The notes: generated by a model not told the origin, from the sequence alone. Positions 1-14,110 are shown, counted from the first letter of the whole stretch. The stretch is DNA of 55,116 nt, filler included, from Streblomastix strix (GCA_008636045.1; 2 parts of 2 records of this genome joined end to end with filler, not necessarily neighbours in it), one strand, 5' to 3'. Program-made: numbers and translations.

Positions 1-739
1 TTTTTTAAATAATGATTTAATAATCTGAATAAAGCATTACCATTATGATATTTAATGAATTCCGCCAATTAATTTAAATTTTTCTACAATTCATTTATTT
101 TTATTTTGTTTTTTAGAAAATAAGAAGTATTAGAATTATAATTCCAGCCTTAAATGAAAATATGCCATTTTATTATTATCTTACTAATTGTCGCTCTAAT
201 TTCTTCATTTATGAACATATATGCTACCTTTCTAAATTTCTTGATATTTGATCTTAATATAAGCTATGTTTATTTTGAAACGCTAGATGAAGAATATCAT
301 TGCATTTACTAATGACTATTTAAATTTTTTTTTGATTTTTTGAAAACTAATTAAATTTGTAACAAAAATAATATAATCATTTATTCAAAGTGTCAGAATG
401 CAAAGCATTATCTTCACCCCACATTTCTTTTTAGAATTTACGCCAATCTTTTATGTATTATTTGCGTAATTTGTATTACTCTTTACTAACTGTTTACATT
501 TCGCCAATATAATTTTTCGATTCTTCTTTTCCACAAATATTTTTAATGTTTTGTTCATTATCATCTATTTAGTCATATGTTAAAAGTAAACAGTACTTTG
601 ATATCCACATTTCATTGAAATTTTCGGAACAGATGTTCCCAATTAATTCTATCATACCTTATTTATCTATGGGAACATGATTCCAGCTAATTAATTTCAT
701 TTCAATGAAAATAAAAATAATAATAACTATTAATAATTT

Positions 740-1917
740 TCACTCATTCTCAATAATCCAGTCATCTAATTAATATTTGAAGTCACGTAGCAATTCTCTT
801 GCATTTTCCAATGTAATTCCTTCGTTAAATGTAGATTCTTTCATAGTTCTTATTTTTCCCATAGCATCATCATATTATTATTGTTCTTATCTTCTTTTCG
901 CATCTCTTTTGTCTTTTGCCGTTTTAATATCTAATTCACTACGAATACTAAATATTGGTATACGTTAATCATCTGTAGTATCAGAAATTTCACCTAAATT
1001 ACCATTCTAAAATGCTGCATAACCTATTTGTATTAATTTCTCCATCTATTTATCTCTTTACTAACTTTATCCAGTTATGAAATATTGATTATATGCTTAT
1101 TTTATTGCTTTATTTAATTTCTTATATATAGCTTGTGAAGCTGCATCGCCTCCAATAAATGATTATGCTTAATTGAATTTATCATAATATTACAATATCC
1201 ATGGAGCAATCACTCCTTTTCATATTCTTCCTCCAATGACTGAATATACTTAAGCTACTGTATAACCATGCACTTTCAAGAATGGAGATAGAAAATTCTT
1301 AATGAAATGTTTATAACATTCTGCAGGCTTATCTTCTTCTTTCCATGCTTTATAATGCTTCTGTTAGCATTCTGCTTTAGTTGAATTTTCATTGAAATAT
1401 TTAGTTACTCTTTGATGCTTAATTGAAACTGTAATTCTAAATCTATCAGCAGATTGATTATATCCTCTATCATCACGAACAACAAACTCTGGAAACTTAT
1501 CTCCATTAATGTCTTCTTCTGTTCCTTACCACTTCGAATATTTACCCTTTTTATTTTTCTTCCATTCTTCAAAATATTGTTAATTCGACCATATTTTCTT
1601 GAATTGAATATCTTTATTTTTACCAATCAAATCCATTGGTGGAGCTTATGTTTATTGTCTAGATTGTGCTAATGTTTTATTTAGGTTATCTTTTGCCAAT
1701 TAACTATATATTTAGTAATCTTTATTTTCTTTCAGTGTCTAAAAATCTTTTGCTCTTTGTGTTAGTTATTTGCTATATGTTTGAAATGGTTCTACCATTC
1801 CATTATATATATATAATAATATGTTTCGGGCTACCTTTGTTTAGTACGGGAAATATATCTTAATCTTTGTGGTATAGATGGTGTTGAAGATGAACATTAT
1901 TAACTTTGTTCTTACAT
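740..1917 (-). pseudogene. Hypothetical element protein (~390 codons), frameshifted
   Basis: Code-6 reading MQEQSQQCSSSTPSIPQRLRY...EDINGDKFPEFVVRDDRGYN...LDDWIIENE-TGA, with frameshifts and internal TGA. Confidence 0.55.
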
Positions 1918-1980
1918 TCAGTTTAAGCAATAAAAATAGATATCAACTGCATATCAAACTTTAGTTACAACTGTAAATAA

Positions 1981-2763
1981 ATGTCAAATCATTCATTAAC
2001 GCAATATATAAATGAGTTACGAGAGAGTTAAGTAACAAATAAACATGAGGTATAAAGTACAGATCACAAGGAAATTAACTTTACATATAATTCTATTAAC
2101 TTACTTATAGGAAAGAGAGGAAGTTGTAAGTCATATAATATATTCAAAGAATTAATCAAATTGAATTAGGTTAATAATTGTTATACATTATTTATATATA
2201 TAAATGATAGCAATAATGATTAAATATATATGAAAATGAATACTTTAATCAACATTCCAACAAAAATTGTTACTTATGGTGAGAATGATTCTATAATTAA
2301 TGACCTAATTGAGGAAAAATCAGCGTTTGATATAATTGTTGAGAAATATCTAATAAATTAACTTACATCAGATTCAAAATAGAATATTCTTTCTATTATT
2401 GGAACAGAGAATTTTAAAACAAAATATCCCCATACTCTAGTTCTATTTGATGATGCAATGTCAGTATTCAAAAATAAGCAATTACCATTATTCAAAAAAT
2501 TATTCAAGAACAGATAGCCAAGAATCACTTATTTTCATCGTTTATAAGACATAATTGGTCTTGACGCAAGTATAAATGCAAACGTTGATACAATATACTT
2601 TTTCGGGTAATTCGTTAGATAGAAACTTAACTTACTTTATTATTAATCTTCTATACCATTTGATAAAGATAAGGTATGGGAATAATACATATAATAAATA
2701 AAGAGATGAGCCTTAATAGTTCAATATAGGAATGATGGCACGAAAATAATGATATTAGACTGA
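1981..2763 (+). pseudogene. A32/FtsK-like genome-packaging ATPase
   Basis: ATG at 1981. Degenerate Walker A LLIGKRGSCKS, Walker B LVLFDDA, followed by KNRQPRITYF..LQD. In-frame TGA at 2707-2709 precedes the likely original stop at 2761-2763. Confidence 0.85.
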
Positions 2764-2769
2764 TGATTT

Positions 2770-3150
2770 TTCATCTAAATCATCAATTGAAATAGTTCTT
2801 TTATCAATTAATACATTAGTTAATTTATCCAAATTATCATTTTCAATTATATTATTATTTTTATCATGACATTTTCTCAAAGAGATCACTCCTTAGAGTT
2901 TAGTTATACTATATCCTTTGACTTTAAATGACTTATTTAATTTTTATGTAGTCATTTTATCCATTGATTCCTTATTCAATACAAGATACTATTTGAATTC
3001 ATCAGCGGTATCAAATGTTACTAACTCAAATGGATACTTCTCTAATATCTTCATTTATGGTAGATTATAACCATTTATCCCCGCAATCTATTAATTATTG
3101 TTCAATTGATTAACTACCTTCTATTTGCCGTCAAATATTACTCGACTCAT
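2770..3150 (-). CDS. Small hypothetical element protein (3' end uncertain)
   Basis: MSRVIFDGKQ...FDTADEFKQYLVLNKESMDKMTTQKLNKSFKVKGYSITKLQGVISLRK; open in code 6. Confidence 0.5.
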
Positions 3151-3179
3151 TTTATTTGAAACAAAATCATAATATTTAA

Positions 3180-3552
3180 TCAAAATTCTAAATAGATTTC
3201 AAGTATAATTAATATATTATTTTAAACAATTAATTCACCATCGATATTCTTAAACAAAAACTATATGCTTCTATCATGATTTAATTGACGAAATGGTTTC
3301 TCGATGCATTATTCATCGCATACACAAACATACTAATTATTATCTTAATCTTCTTACACAAATGATGAATATAAATAAAAGATCTAAATCAACTAATTAC
3401 TTATTTGTTCTACGTTATACAAATATACTCTCTTTATTATTTTTTGATGAGACAAATTCTACAGGTAATAGAAACTGACTAACACTTTCATCTGTTTGAA
3501 TAGTTGAGTTTTAAGTTAATATAACTCTTTTGCTGTTAAGTTATGAGATCAT
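3180..3552 (-). pseudogene. Small beta-rich protein, possible minor capsid component
   Basis: MISQLNSKRVILT...FLLPVEFVSSKN..(frameshift)..LYSSFVQED...YVCVCDE...IILEIYLEF-TGA; lies directly downstream of the capsid candidate. Confidence 0.4.
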
Positions 3553-3607
3553 TTTATATTCAAAAATAAATAACAAAGTTGTCTAGCATAAACGCTAATT
3601 CTATTTT

Positions 3608-5320
3608 TCATCCCTCAATCTAACATATCATTTCATCAAATGAGTTATTTGCATTATAAACATATGAACCTCCATTAGCAGGTCCAAACAACCAGAAATT
3701 ATCATGTATTGCGCATAGAATAAATGGAGGTGGTCTCTTACCCATTAAATCAACATTATAATTACAATTTGTATCATTTTGATAAATTTGTACTCCGCTT
3801 AATTGTACTGACACATTTTAATTCTGAGTATCTAATCCATCAAATGTTAGTGCACCATTACTATTCCTTTCACATTATAAAGTGATCATGAATGAAGTCA
3901 GATCAATGTGAGGATTCAATCTCCTTGAAGCAGCGTTTCTTTATATTGTCAAAGCAACTTCGAATTCATCAGTTGCTTCGAATAACAGATCAAAATTACT
4001 TACATTCAATTACATTTAGAAGAATTATTAATTTAATGTATTCATTGGCTTATCAAAGAAATTTCTTCCGCAAGCAGTAACTTACATATTATGATAGCAT
4101 GGATTTTCATAGCAAGTTGTGGCTCTAGCATCTTTTGGAAATAACAGACTCAAATCAGTGACATGGGAAAATGGAATATTTTATGATGTTCTAATTCCAG
4201 TTGTAGTAGCACTTGTTAGGAGTGACCAAACTTCTACTCTTTATGCTGTTACGACAAAAGATTTATTAGCAAAGAATTCACAAACTGTTTATAAACAGTC
4301 ATCTGTTGCCTTATATCTACTCAAATTTGCAGTCACTTCAGTTACAACGTAATTCTTTATTGATAATGTCACTGGAGTGATACTACACATTAAATTCTTC
4401 AATCTACAATCTGTTATTTATTCTATACTTATTTTTGTAATGAGATCTGCAGTACATACTATTTGAGTAAATTACTTTGTATATTGATATTCAAGACTCC
4501 AATTTCTAAAGAGAAGTTCAATATAATTCAATTTATCAGGACAGTTAGCAATAACATCAATCTTATTCATAGTGTAGTATTTAGCCATAGAAATTATTGG
4601 ATTCACTTATGCAAATATGAATGCGTTGGGTTTAATTTTAAATTTAATTTTAAGATCACCGATCAGAGAATTAGGATATTCCGTAAATCCACAAAATATA
4701 AGGATATCATCCAATGGAATTAATAATCTTAATCTTATAAGCATAGTGTAAGGAACACATACATAATCTTTAATTGTATCTTCTATCACTCTCATTGTTA
4801 CATAAGTTTCACAAGCTGATATCTCAAATTTATGGATATTTTCATGCAGTGAATGAATATGCTTTCTATTGTTTTTCTCACTTCTTGGTTTAACAGTATT
4901 ATAGATAAATTACTTGGTAGTTGAATCATTTTATAATGTTCCATCAATAGTACGTCCTCTATGATAAATAGTATATTCTCTTATAATTTCACTAGCAGGT
5001 TTTAATCAAATGAATAATACAGTTCCATCTTTATAAGTTTCTACACATCCTTCAAATTTGTTGTCAAATTGAACATTAGCTGTGAGTACTATTGAAAGGA
5101 ATGAATTCTGAATTTACGTTACATCATGATCAGTATCAGACAAGCTAATTAAAATTTCCTTATCGAATAGTGCAGGCATTTAGCTCTCAGGTTTCATTTT
5201 TTTGATTGAATAATGGTGTTCCCCATCATTTCTAAATACTTTAACAGAATTACTTTTCAATATTACTTCGATTGTTCCGAGTTATTGGAAATATATTGAC
5301 TTATTGAGAAAGCGATTCAT
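3608..5320 (-). pseudogene. Probable major capsid protein (double jelly-roll candidate), 570 codons with one internal TGA
   Basis: Continuous code-6 frame from ATG 5320 to TGA 3608 with one TGA at 5006-5008. Beta-rich sequence (IPLDDILIF..F.EYPNSLIGDLKIKF; TFDGLDTQ..VSVQL.G; KRPPPFILC..HDNFWLF). Size and position next to the ATPase fit an MCP; the fold is inferred. Confidence 0.65.
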
Positions 5321-5347
5321 AATTTAATTGAAACAAAAATAAACTAA

Positions 5348-7480
5348 TCATGTATAGTATGTTGAACTTTGAAACGAACTATTTTTTTTAAAAATCTTCT
5401 TCGCCTACTTCTTGAATACTGTATGGAGAACTTTTGTTATATTGTGTTCCATTTACAGTTTAATTACTTCTAATTGCAAGATGAGTTCCCAAACTTCTAT
5501 TTTTATTTCTTGAGACATTCAGATTAAGTCTTATATATATATTATTTTCAATTGATTATCTTACTCTAAGTTCATCAATGAAATCATCTACATCATTTCT
5601 AAAATTAACATAGATCATCATTAGGTCTTAAGAATTATTTGCATATATTATATCTAAACCACTTGACGCAACTTATAACCCTTTACTTATTATGGGTGGT
5701 GCTATAGCTTTAACAAATTGATAAATTTTTTTAATATATTTGTTAATTTGCCCAATTTGCCCCTTCATCAATTTTTTGCACTATCTATTTGATTTTATGA
5801 AAGATTCCAGCCATCTCATTTTCGAAAAATAGTCATCATTAGAAGCTGATTCGTATTAAATACATACAAAGTAACTTCCACTAATATAATAATTAACGAA
5901 CTTATCAGCTTTTAATTCTGACTATATATGAATATACCAGCGAACAGGATTATCAGTATCACCAATCGTGAGATAAGCCGAAGGGATATCTTAAATGGAT
6001 TCAGTGTTGAAATCATATAAAATCATAACAGGAAACAATAGTGTTCTTTTTGGATCAATTGACTCACCCATATTAAGTACATACTGTTTAATTTCTATAA
6101 ACCCTTTCTATCTCAAAAGCATATTGAACATGATTAATTTATTAACAGTATCATCAATTATATAAATCTTAAATGTATCTAAGTCATAAGGAGTATAAGC
6201 TAATAAAAGTAATTAATGTCTTGACACTTCTGTTATTGTATATTATGGAAACACTGATGGTGGAATTGGAACAGAAAGAAAGGTATCATGTTACATAATT
6301 ACACTATCTATGTGAGATATAGGTTGTCCATTTGATGTTATGATATTCTAATTTGATTCTTATGTCTGTAGATCAATTAAATAACTTCCACTAAAATTTC
6401 TTAAATCCATAGGATAGTAACCAAAACTTTAATTCACAACAACATCTGAAGTATCATTTCCATTAATTTATTTCATTCCAGCGAATGATGCAAACGAAGT
6501 CTTTATTGGGAAGAATTTAATTAATCTAGGTTATAAATCAGAATTTATTGTTTATAATACTTTGAATACATTATTGACGTGTTAGCTACTAACTTCAGCT
6601 TGGAAATTAAACGTACATATTGGACCCTCATTAACAAAATATGCAGCTCTAAGGGGACTAAATATTTAATTATTCATTATTTTAATATTGTTTTTGAAAT
6701 AATTAAATAGTGAAATAAATTAACTTGGATAATAAGGTTGAACTCCATCTCCAATCGCTTCCGTCTATTTTTATACAACATATTATTCCCATGACATTGA
6801 TTATATTCCATCAATAATAAAATTGGCATGCTAATCATCAACAATATTAATCTTTCCATTATCATTAACATCATTAACTGCTCTCTTCAACGGTTCATAA
6901 TCTGTATAATAAACACCTGCAATTGCAATATGTGTATTTCTTTTAATTGGTGTGATTTAATCAACACTTCCAATTGATGATCCTATATAAAATCCTTTTT
7001 CACTAATGTAGCCCATTATATTTTGTTTATATCCACCGTCATCTCCTAACACTAATGCATGTTTACTAAATGGTAGCAATTCTTTAGGAAAGCTAGTGAA
7101 CAAAAAACCCATGAAATCTTCTCTAACATACAATCCAATGTTATATACTACTTTATTTCTTAATTTATACAATTTAATTCCTCCATCATTGATATTATAT
7201 GGAAGTAAGGGCTGTGCTAGTCTATATAATGGTATTGTTATCGCCTCCGCAGTAATAAATATTGGTGTTATGGGTGTTGGAGGTGAAGGTGAAAAACACA
7301 CAATTTATCGTTATTATCTTTCACTTAATCTTGAAGATATTATGGTCCAATAATGATTTGATTAGTTATTCCAACAACAATTGGCTTAGGCTCATACTCA
7401 TGAATATATGCTTATAATTCTGGGAATTCTGATAGTCCTGCGGCATCTAGTAATGCTTCATCAATATGCACATTGCTCAT
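5348..7480 (-). pseudogene. Large putative virion structural protein, frameshifted
   Basis: MSNVHIDEALLDAAGLSEFPEL...PSPPTPITPIF...YYISGSYF; about 700 codons across several frameshifts, between the capsid and fibre genes. Confidence 0.5.
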
Positions 7481-7571
7481 TGTATGGTTCAAAAATAAAT
7501 AACAAAGTTGTCCAACTTTCAGCTAATAATAATATGCTCATTTGATAAGTAATTTTAATCGATCAATTACT

Positions 7572-10392
7572 TCATTTAACCCATGTAGCAGATGCGCATT
7601 AAATATTAGTATTGAACGTTAGTTTTAAGGTCATAAGTCCATTTGAATGAGTAATCATTACATAACCACCTTTTTCAATAGTACTATTCGGAAATGGAAT
7701 ATATATAGCAGCAGTCGTATCATGAGTCACTAAGTAATCAGGGTTAAAAGTTCCCGCGTTATAATTTCCTCCATAAGTGAGTAATGAAAATATATTGAGA
7801 TTTCCGATTCGAATTAATTTATATTACACTACTGCCCCATTCATACCACTAAATGCAGATGATGACAATCCTTCAATCCCACCAAATGATGATAATAATC
7901 TATCTCCATCATGAGCTAGAAGAACTGATGTATCATCTTTACCAGTTTTCACAAATCCAGAAACATTAACATTACTCGTAAATGTCTTTGAACCTGTAAT
8001 TGATTGATTTGTATTTTTCTCACTTCTTATTAAATAATCTTCATAATTAGATTCATCTTCATCTTCTTTTTTCTAATTATTCCTTCAATTATTTATAACT
8101 TTCCCCTTTTATTTTATACAAATCTGTATTTTGCATCTTATTTGGTGATATATTGTAATGGTTAAAGATTTTCAAATAATATTTCACTACTGCTTCTTAT
8201 TAAATTTCCTTTACATAATTTGAATCATCGATTTCCATCAAACTCAGATATTGGCTTCGTACAACCAGCTCCAAGTATAACAATAGTATTACCTGCACCT
8301 GATTTAATGAATGACGATCTAGTTACAGTCGACATTCCATCTATAGAACTTACAAATCTGCAAATATTATTGAATGTCTTATTTGCTGTTATAGTTTATG
8401 CAGTGCCTAAAGTAACGTAATTAGCCAGATCAGTTGTATCCGCTTTCTCATCTAATAATTCATATGTTTTTGTTTTCGTGTAATAATTACTCGAATCAAC
8501 ATCACCTGCATCAATCTAAGATATCAATTGATCAGGTTCTGTTTTGATGTATGTTGTTGATTAATTTGCTTTATCATTTTACTGGTTATTTGTTTCAGTT
8601 TTTGTGTATGAATCAATCAATTATATCTTATTTGCCTTCGCAAATAGTAATATGTCATCTTCACCTTTTGTATAGGAAACTCCAATATCTGTCTTATTAT
8701 TTAGCAGATTATTTGTTTCAATTTTTGTATACGTATTAATCAATTATGTCTTATCAGCTTTCAGTAATTGGAGTACATTATCTTCAGTTTTTGTATATGA
8801 ATCAATCAATTATGTCTTATCTGTCTTTGCTAGTGAGAGTGCATCATCTTCACCTTTTGCATAAGAAACTCCTGTATTTGCTTTATCATTCAACAGGCTA
8901 TTTGCTACAGTTTTGTAAAGACTTCGTCAATGGCATAAGTTTCCCTTTTTACCATAAGAATCAATCAATTATGTCTTATATGCCTTAGCAAATACTAATG
9001 TGTCACCTTCTCCTTTTGTATAGGAAACTCTTGTATGTGCTTTATCATTTAACAGATTAATGTTTCAGTTTAAGAATATGTAAAAGTTTTATTATAATAG
9101 TTACTCATATCAACACTTGCATTTATATCAGATATTGATCTAACTTCACCACCAGCGAGAAAAACAGAGTTTTTATTGAATTCTAAGTATTGAATACTGC
9201 TAGAAATAACAGTACTTGTGAAGGTCATTATTCCAGTAATAGATTGATCAAATCCTGTAGTAACAAACGTAGTACTTTTTGTAGGTAATAATGATTTTCC
9301 ATCAATTGATATGTCTGTTGTAGTACTACCACTTCCTGTTGCTGCACCTAGAGTTGTGATAACAATATTCATATCAAGTAGTTCAGTTTCTAGCATTTTT
9401 TAAGTCAGTTTCATCCCACCAATAATCAGTTACCTCTTTATCAACTATATATAAATTATCTCCAATTGCTAAATTTGCTATATTGTCTTGAATAATTATA
9501 CAATCATTCAACTTTTATTATGTTGAGAATGCATATGCTTTCGATTTACCAGTTGCAATATCATGAACTTTATATATATATATAGTTTAGTTATTAGTGA
9601 ACTTACCAACATATCTCCACCACCAGCGAGAAGAATAGAAACATTATTTTTATTTTATTTTAATACAGTTGCAACACTAATAATATTGAATTATTTTGAA
9701 CCACTAAATGTTTGAACAGAAGTTAAATCAACGTAATTAGTCAAGTCAGTTTTTTCAACTTTGCCATCGAGTAAAATATCATCTTTTGTCTTGGAATAAC
9801 TATTAATAAGTTCAAATTTGTCTGCTTTTGCATTAATTAGTGCATCTGTTTCTGTTTTGGAATAACTATCAACAATATCAACAATATTAGCCTTAACATC
9901 AAGTAAAGTATCAGTTTCTGTCTTTGAATAACTATCTACAATATCAGCAATATTAGCTTTCAATAATAAGAATGCATCATCTTCAGTCTTAGAATACGTA
10001 TCTAATTTATAAGCTTTTAATAATAAGAGTGAGTCATCTTCTATCTTAGAACACGCATCAAATAATTCAGATTTATCAGCTTTCTCATCTATCATTGTAT
10101 CAGTTTCTGTTTTTGAATAAGTGTACAATTTATCAGCTTTCAATAATAAGAGAGCATCATCTTCTGTCTTGAAATACGCATCAATTATATCAGTTTTATC
10201 AGCTTTCAATAGTAATAATGTATCTAACTATTCTTTGTCATATGATTGTGGTATATTTTGTAAAATATTAATATGTTAATTAAACTTTTTAACTTATTCT
10301 ACTAATCCAACCTTTCTATATCTACTATTCCTAAATAATGTTTCATCATGAATTTAAATAACATCCTTCACATGTGCTTCACTTTGTGCCAT
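7572..10392 (-). pseudogene. Fibre/spike-like protein with KADK..YSKTETD repeats
   Basis: Many imperfect copies of KADKxxxxDxYSKTE(T/D)DxLL, recurring QxITGxKTF and LLAGG units, and a beta-rich C-terminal head ending ASATWVK-TGA; frameshifted. Confidence 0.7.
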
Positions 10393-10419
10393 TTATTCAA
10401 TAAATAAACAACTCAACTT

Positions 10420-10969
10420 CATATTAAATTTTATCTAAAACTACTAATAACCCTTTCAATACTGCTTTCATCACTCTTGACGATATCACGCTTAAGTCTA
10501 AAATAGATGTTAATTTTCTTACTTTCTGCAGACATAACTTATAAATATCTCTTAATAAATTATCTTTATTTTCATCTAGTGCGTGAATATTTTCATTTCC
10601 AATTCAGATCTCACTTAATGTTATAGTACCATCATTCATGAATCTAGTGCAGCATGTAATAGTATCTTCATTCCATTGAACTTATTATTCATTAACATCA
10701 AATGTACATGCAACAACACGAATGAGTTAGGGTACGGATAAAATGAAATGAGCTGATTTTTTTAACATATGTTCATCTTCACTTTCTAAATATACTAACC
10801 ATTTACATACTGACGAATCCGCAAGTAATTCATTTTCAAATATTGAATTTCTTCTCCTTTTAGATTGTTATGGAGAATCAATAGCTGTTTACTAGTTTTT
10901 TTCAAATAGCGAACATTCTTCAATAATTGTCGGTATTGATGTTTATGATCTTGGGGATATAATTTACGT
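10420..10969 (-). pseudogene. Hypothetical element protein
   Basis: Code-6 frame with an apparent ATG-to-ACG start change, one frameshift and an internal TGA. Confidence 0.35.
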
Positions 10970-11005
10970 TATTTTGTCTGAACAAAAATAAAATAACATA
11001 TATTC

Positions 11006-11179
11006 TCAATTAAACATTGATAAATACTCTTCAGAGTGATCTTTTTTATGAATATCTCTTTCTTCAACTTTTACAAATTCATTTATTAAATCAAATTCAC
11101 TGAATATTAAAAACTGGCTAGCAATTTCAGCAAATGCTATGATTATTAATGAAGTGCTAACTATGATTTCAAATATCAT
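11006..11179 (-). CDS. 57-aa protein with an N-terminal hydrophobic helix
   Basis: MIFEIIVSTSLIIIAFAEIASQFLIFSEFDLINEFVKVEERDIHKKDHSEEYLSMFN-TGA; T-rich motif upstream of the ATG like neighbouring genes. Confidence 0.45.
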   Translation of the reverse strand: MIFEIIVSTSLIIIAFAEIASQFLIFSEFDLINEFVKVEERDIHKKDHSEEYLSMFN

Positions 11180-11199
11180 TTTCAGTTAGATAAAAAAAA

Positions 11200-11529
11200 T
11201 AAATTTAAGTCAATTATTCTTCTGTATGACCTTTTATTTTTAGTCAATTTATAACCAATCCAATATAAAACTCAAATAATCTTCTTTAAAATTGTGATCC
11301 GACAATAATTTCATAAATTATTTTTTTGCACAGTATTATTTCTACTGTAAATCTACGCTTTCTTTTATACGTATCTTCTCTTTGTTACTAGCTATTGTTT
11401 ACATATTGCTTCCTTTCTTACGTTATCATTGAAGTATTTCTTCGGTCTTCAAACTGATTGTTTTTCAATTTATTTGTCAACTTATTCACTTTCAGCTTTA
11501 TTGATTTTAGTTTTGATTGTTGTTTTCAT
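11200..11529 (-). pseudogene. Small basic protein with a degenerate AT-hook-like (G)RPKKY motif
   Basis: MKTTIKTKIN...V*RPKKYFNDNVRKEA...KRRYVQKKRR; the Gly codon appears mutated to TGA; frameshifted. Confidence 0.4.
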
Positions 11530-11554
11530 TTTAATTATAATATATATAATATAT

Positions 11555-12642
11555 TCAAAATTTTAATCTAAAGTATTATTTATATTCATGATCTAATTCA
11601 TTTATATTTTTTGCCACTAATTTTGTGAAGAATATTGGTAATACTACAATCTATAAATCATTTTTTGGATTCAATAACTCAACTTTAACATTACAATTAA
11701 CATTTTCCATAAATATACCAATATTATTGAAATTCCAACCAATTTTATCAAATTGATGTTTTATCTTTGCGGTATCAATATGTAATTTTAAAATATTACT
11801 TTTTTTATATTGTTTTAGACCATATTATTTTTATAATCCTAATATATCATTTAATTATTATAATTTGTGACAGAAGTATTAACCTTCTATTCGCTTATCA
11901 TTTTAAACTTATATTGGACAATACTTATTTTAGTAAGCAATGTGAGGTGTATGATTATATAAATTTACAGTTTATTACATCAATTATTCATTAGCAAGTT
12001 CATAAATGTTATTACCGAATGCGTTTCTAATTGTTAGAATTACTCTATCAATCACTCTATTATGATTAGTGAATTTGTTGCCTGTGAAGAATGTATTTAT
12101 GTTGTTTTCTTTATAGAAATCATTTAGTAATTTTTAAGCATAAGCTTTCTCACCATCCCCTCTGATATCATCAATCTAAACAAGTGATATAAACTATTTG
12201 AGAGCATCAAGGATTGGAATTTATGATTTCGATTTCACTGGAATTATTACTAAATATTTAGTGTTTACATTAATAGCGAATAGATATTGTTTAATTTCAA
12301 CATTCTTTTTCATTATGAATATTTAATCTATTTCTCAAGAGTTGTAGTTGGGTGAGAAGTATGGTCTTTCAAATTTCGTTAGTGGCTTGAGTTAATAGTC
12401 ATGAGGTTCTAGGGTATTATTATAAGGATAAATATCAAATTAATTCTTAGTTTAATGAGAAGATATATCATAATAATTAGCTTTACGTATAACATCATAC
12501 TTTGATTTGAAAAGGAATTGATTTTATGTTATTCATTGGAATAAGTTATCTTTCTAAAGCTTATTTAATTTCTTTAGTTTAAGTTATAAAGCATAAATTT
12601 TCTATGGATATCTCTCAATAAATTATAGGATATATTAGTCAT
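11555..12642 (-). pseudogene. rve-type (Polinton/Maverick) integrase
   Basis: RPYFSPNYNS*EID (TGA at 12335-12337 replaces W), YLFAINVNTKYL, IRGDGEKAY, NHNRVIDRVILTIRNAF, YNHTPH; a second TGA at 12533 and a frameshift near 12600. Confidence 0.85.
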
Positions 12643-12662
12643 ACCATTAGCCAAGAGTTTAA

Positions 12663-13087
12663 TCAACAAAGTTAATAGTTTATGCTATTTAATCCAATAT
12701 TTTGAACAGTTTTTAATTGAACATATGATTCAGAATACTGCTATAAAATGATTGTTTCATATTAATATTTTCTTATTAAAACATTACAATTATTTTTATG
12801 TTTGGATCAATATCATTATCTAGATTGAATTATTCTTATTCACTTACTATATCTTTTACTCATTACGGTAATATATTAAGTTCAATAACAGAAGTAATTG
12901 ATTAGCTTTGGTTTTTCACTCTTGGTTTAGGTTTCAAAGGTTAATTTATCGAAATTTTCAAAATTGGATAATCAATTTTAATAGATTAACAAACTTAAAT
13001 TTATGGTTTAATTGATTATGATCTTGAATCTCTATAAAGTTTTTGATTGATTTTATCATTTCTCGCATAAGAAATTTTTTTAGTCAT
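12663..13087 (-). pseudogene. Hypothetical element protein
   Basis: MTKKISYARNDKINQKLYRD...; internal TGA. Confidence 0.3.
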
Positions 13088-13419
13088 GATCCTCCTATGC
13101 AATGATAAATTTACAGAATTCAAGATTTTCATCTTCAACCCAACTCCTATATTTATCCCATAATTTATTATAATCTTCAGTTGTTAAATAATTAGTATAA
13201 TAATATCCAACTTCAAAAGCGCTTTTATCTAAATCCTTATCTAATATTTTTTTCATATCATCCTTTGATAATATAGTATTATATGTATTACTAAAATTAT
13301 ACAAATAATTCTAAGCTATTTTATATGAATTTATATTTTTTTTATTGATCAGGTTATTGTTAATCTCTTAATGCAATTTAAAATATAATAAGGAAACAAA
13401 AATAATCACCTCCATTTAT

Positions 13420-14110
13420 TAACTCATATAGTCTTTTGAATTTTTTATATGTGTTTTTATTAAATCATTATCAATGTCATAAGTGAAAACAAATAATATT
13501 CCGTTTTTCATTACCTCGTTGATATGTAATACCATATATTTTAAGCCGTTACAGTTATAAAATTTATCAGTATCTTAACTATATGAATAGAATTCAAACT
13601 AATATAATCCATAATCATTAATAGTAATAGCGTCATCACGAATTTCATCAACATATTCATATATATATAATCAGCATTGTGTTTCGATTTATTTTTCTAA
13701 TTAGCACCATTATTCGCCCAATGAAAGTTTTATATATTATTATCAGTTTTAATTCAATTTTGTGACCAATTTATCTTTTATTAGTTGGATCATTATTTTC
13801 AACAAATTATTCTCCAACCAATCTATGTAATAAATGTTTTTGTCTTCCAAATTTTAATATTATATATCCGCTATTGGTTTTCGTGAATCTAAGAATAATT
13901 CCATCTTATTTACTCCCTATAATCCATGTCTCGCATACTGAAACATCATATTCACAATTAGCTTTAAGATTTTACGAATATGTATATTTTTGGAAGATTC
14001 CATTATTCTCAAAAATATCATCTAAATTTATTTTTTTATTGTTGTTTTCTGATGGAATTGTTGAATTCACTTCTTACTTCTTAAATTAATATGATGCGTC
14101 AGAAATTATC
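13420..14110 (-). pseudogene. HNH (HNH_3-type) homing-endonuclease-like protein, copy 1
   Basis: SGYIILKFGRQKHLLHRLVGEQFVENNDPTNKRQIGHK..(frameshift)..IKTDNNIQNFHWANNGANQKNK, then YEYVDEI..DAI...YG.YQFE. Confidence 0.75.
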
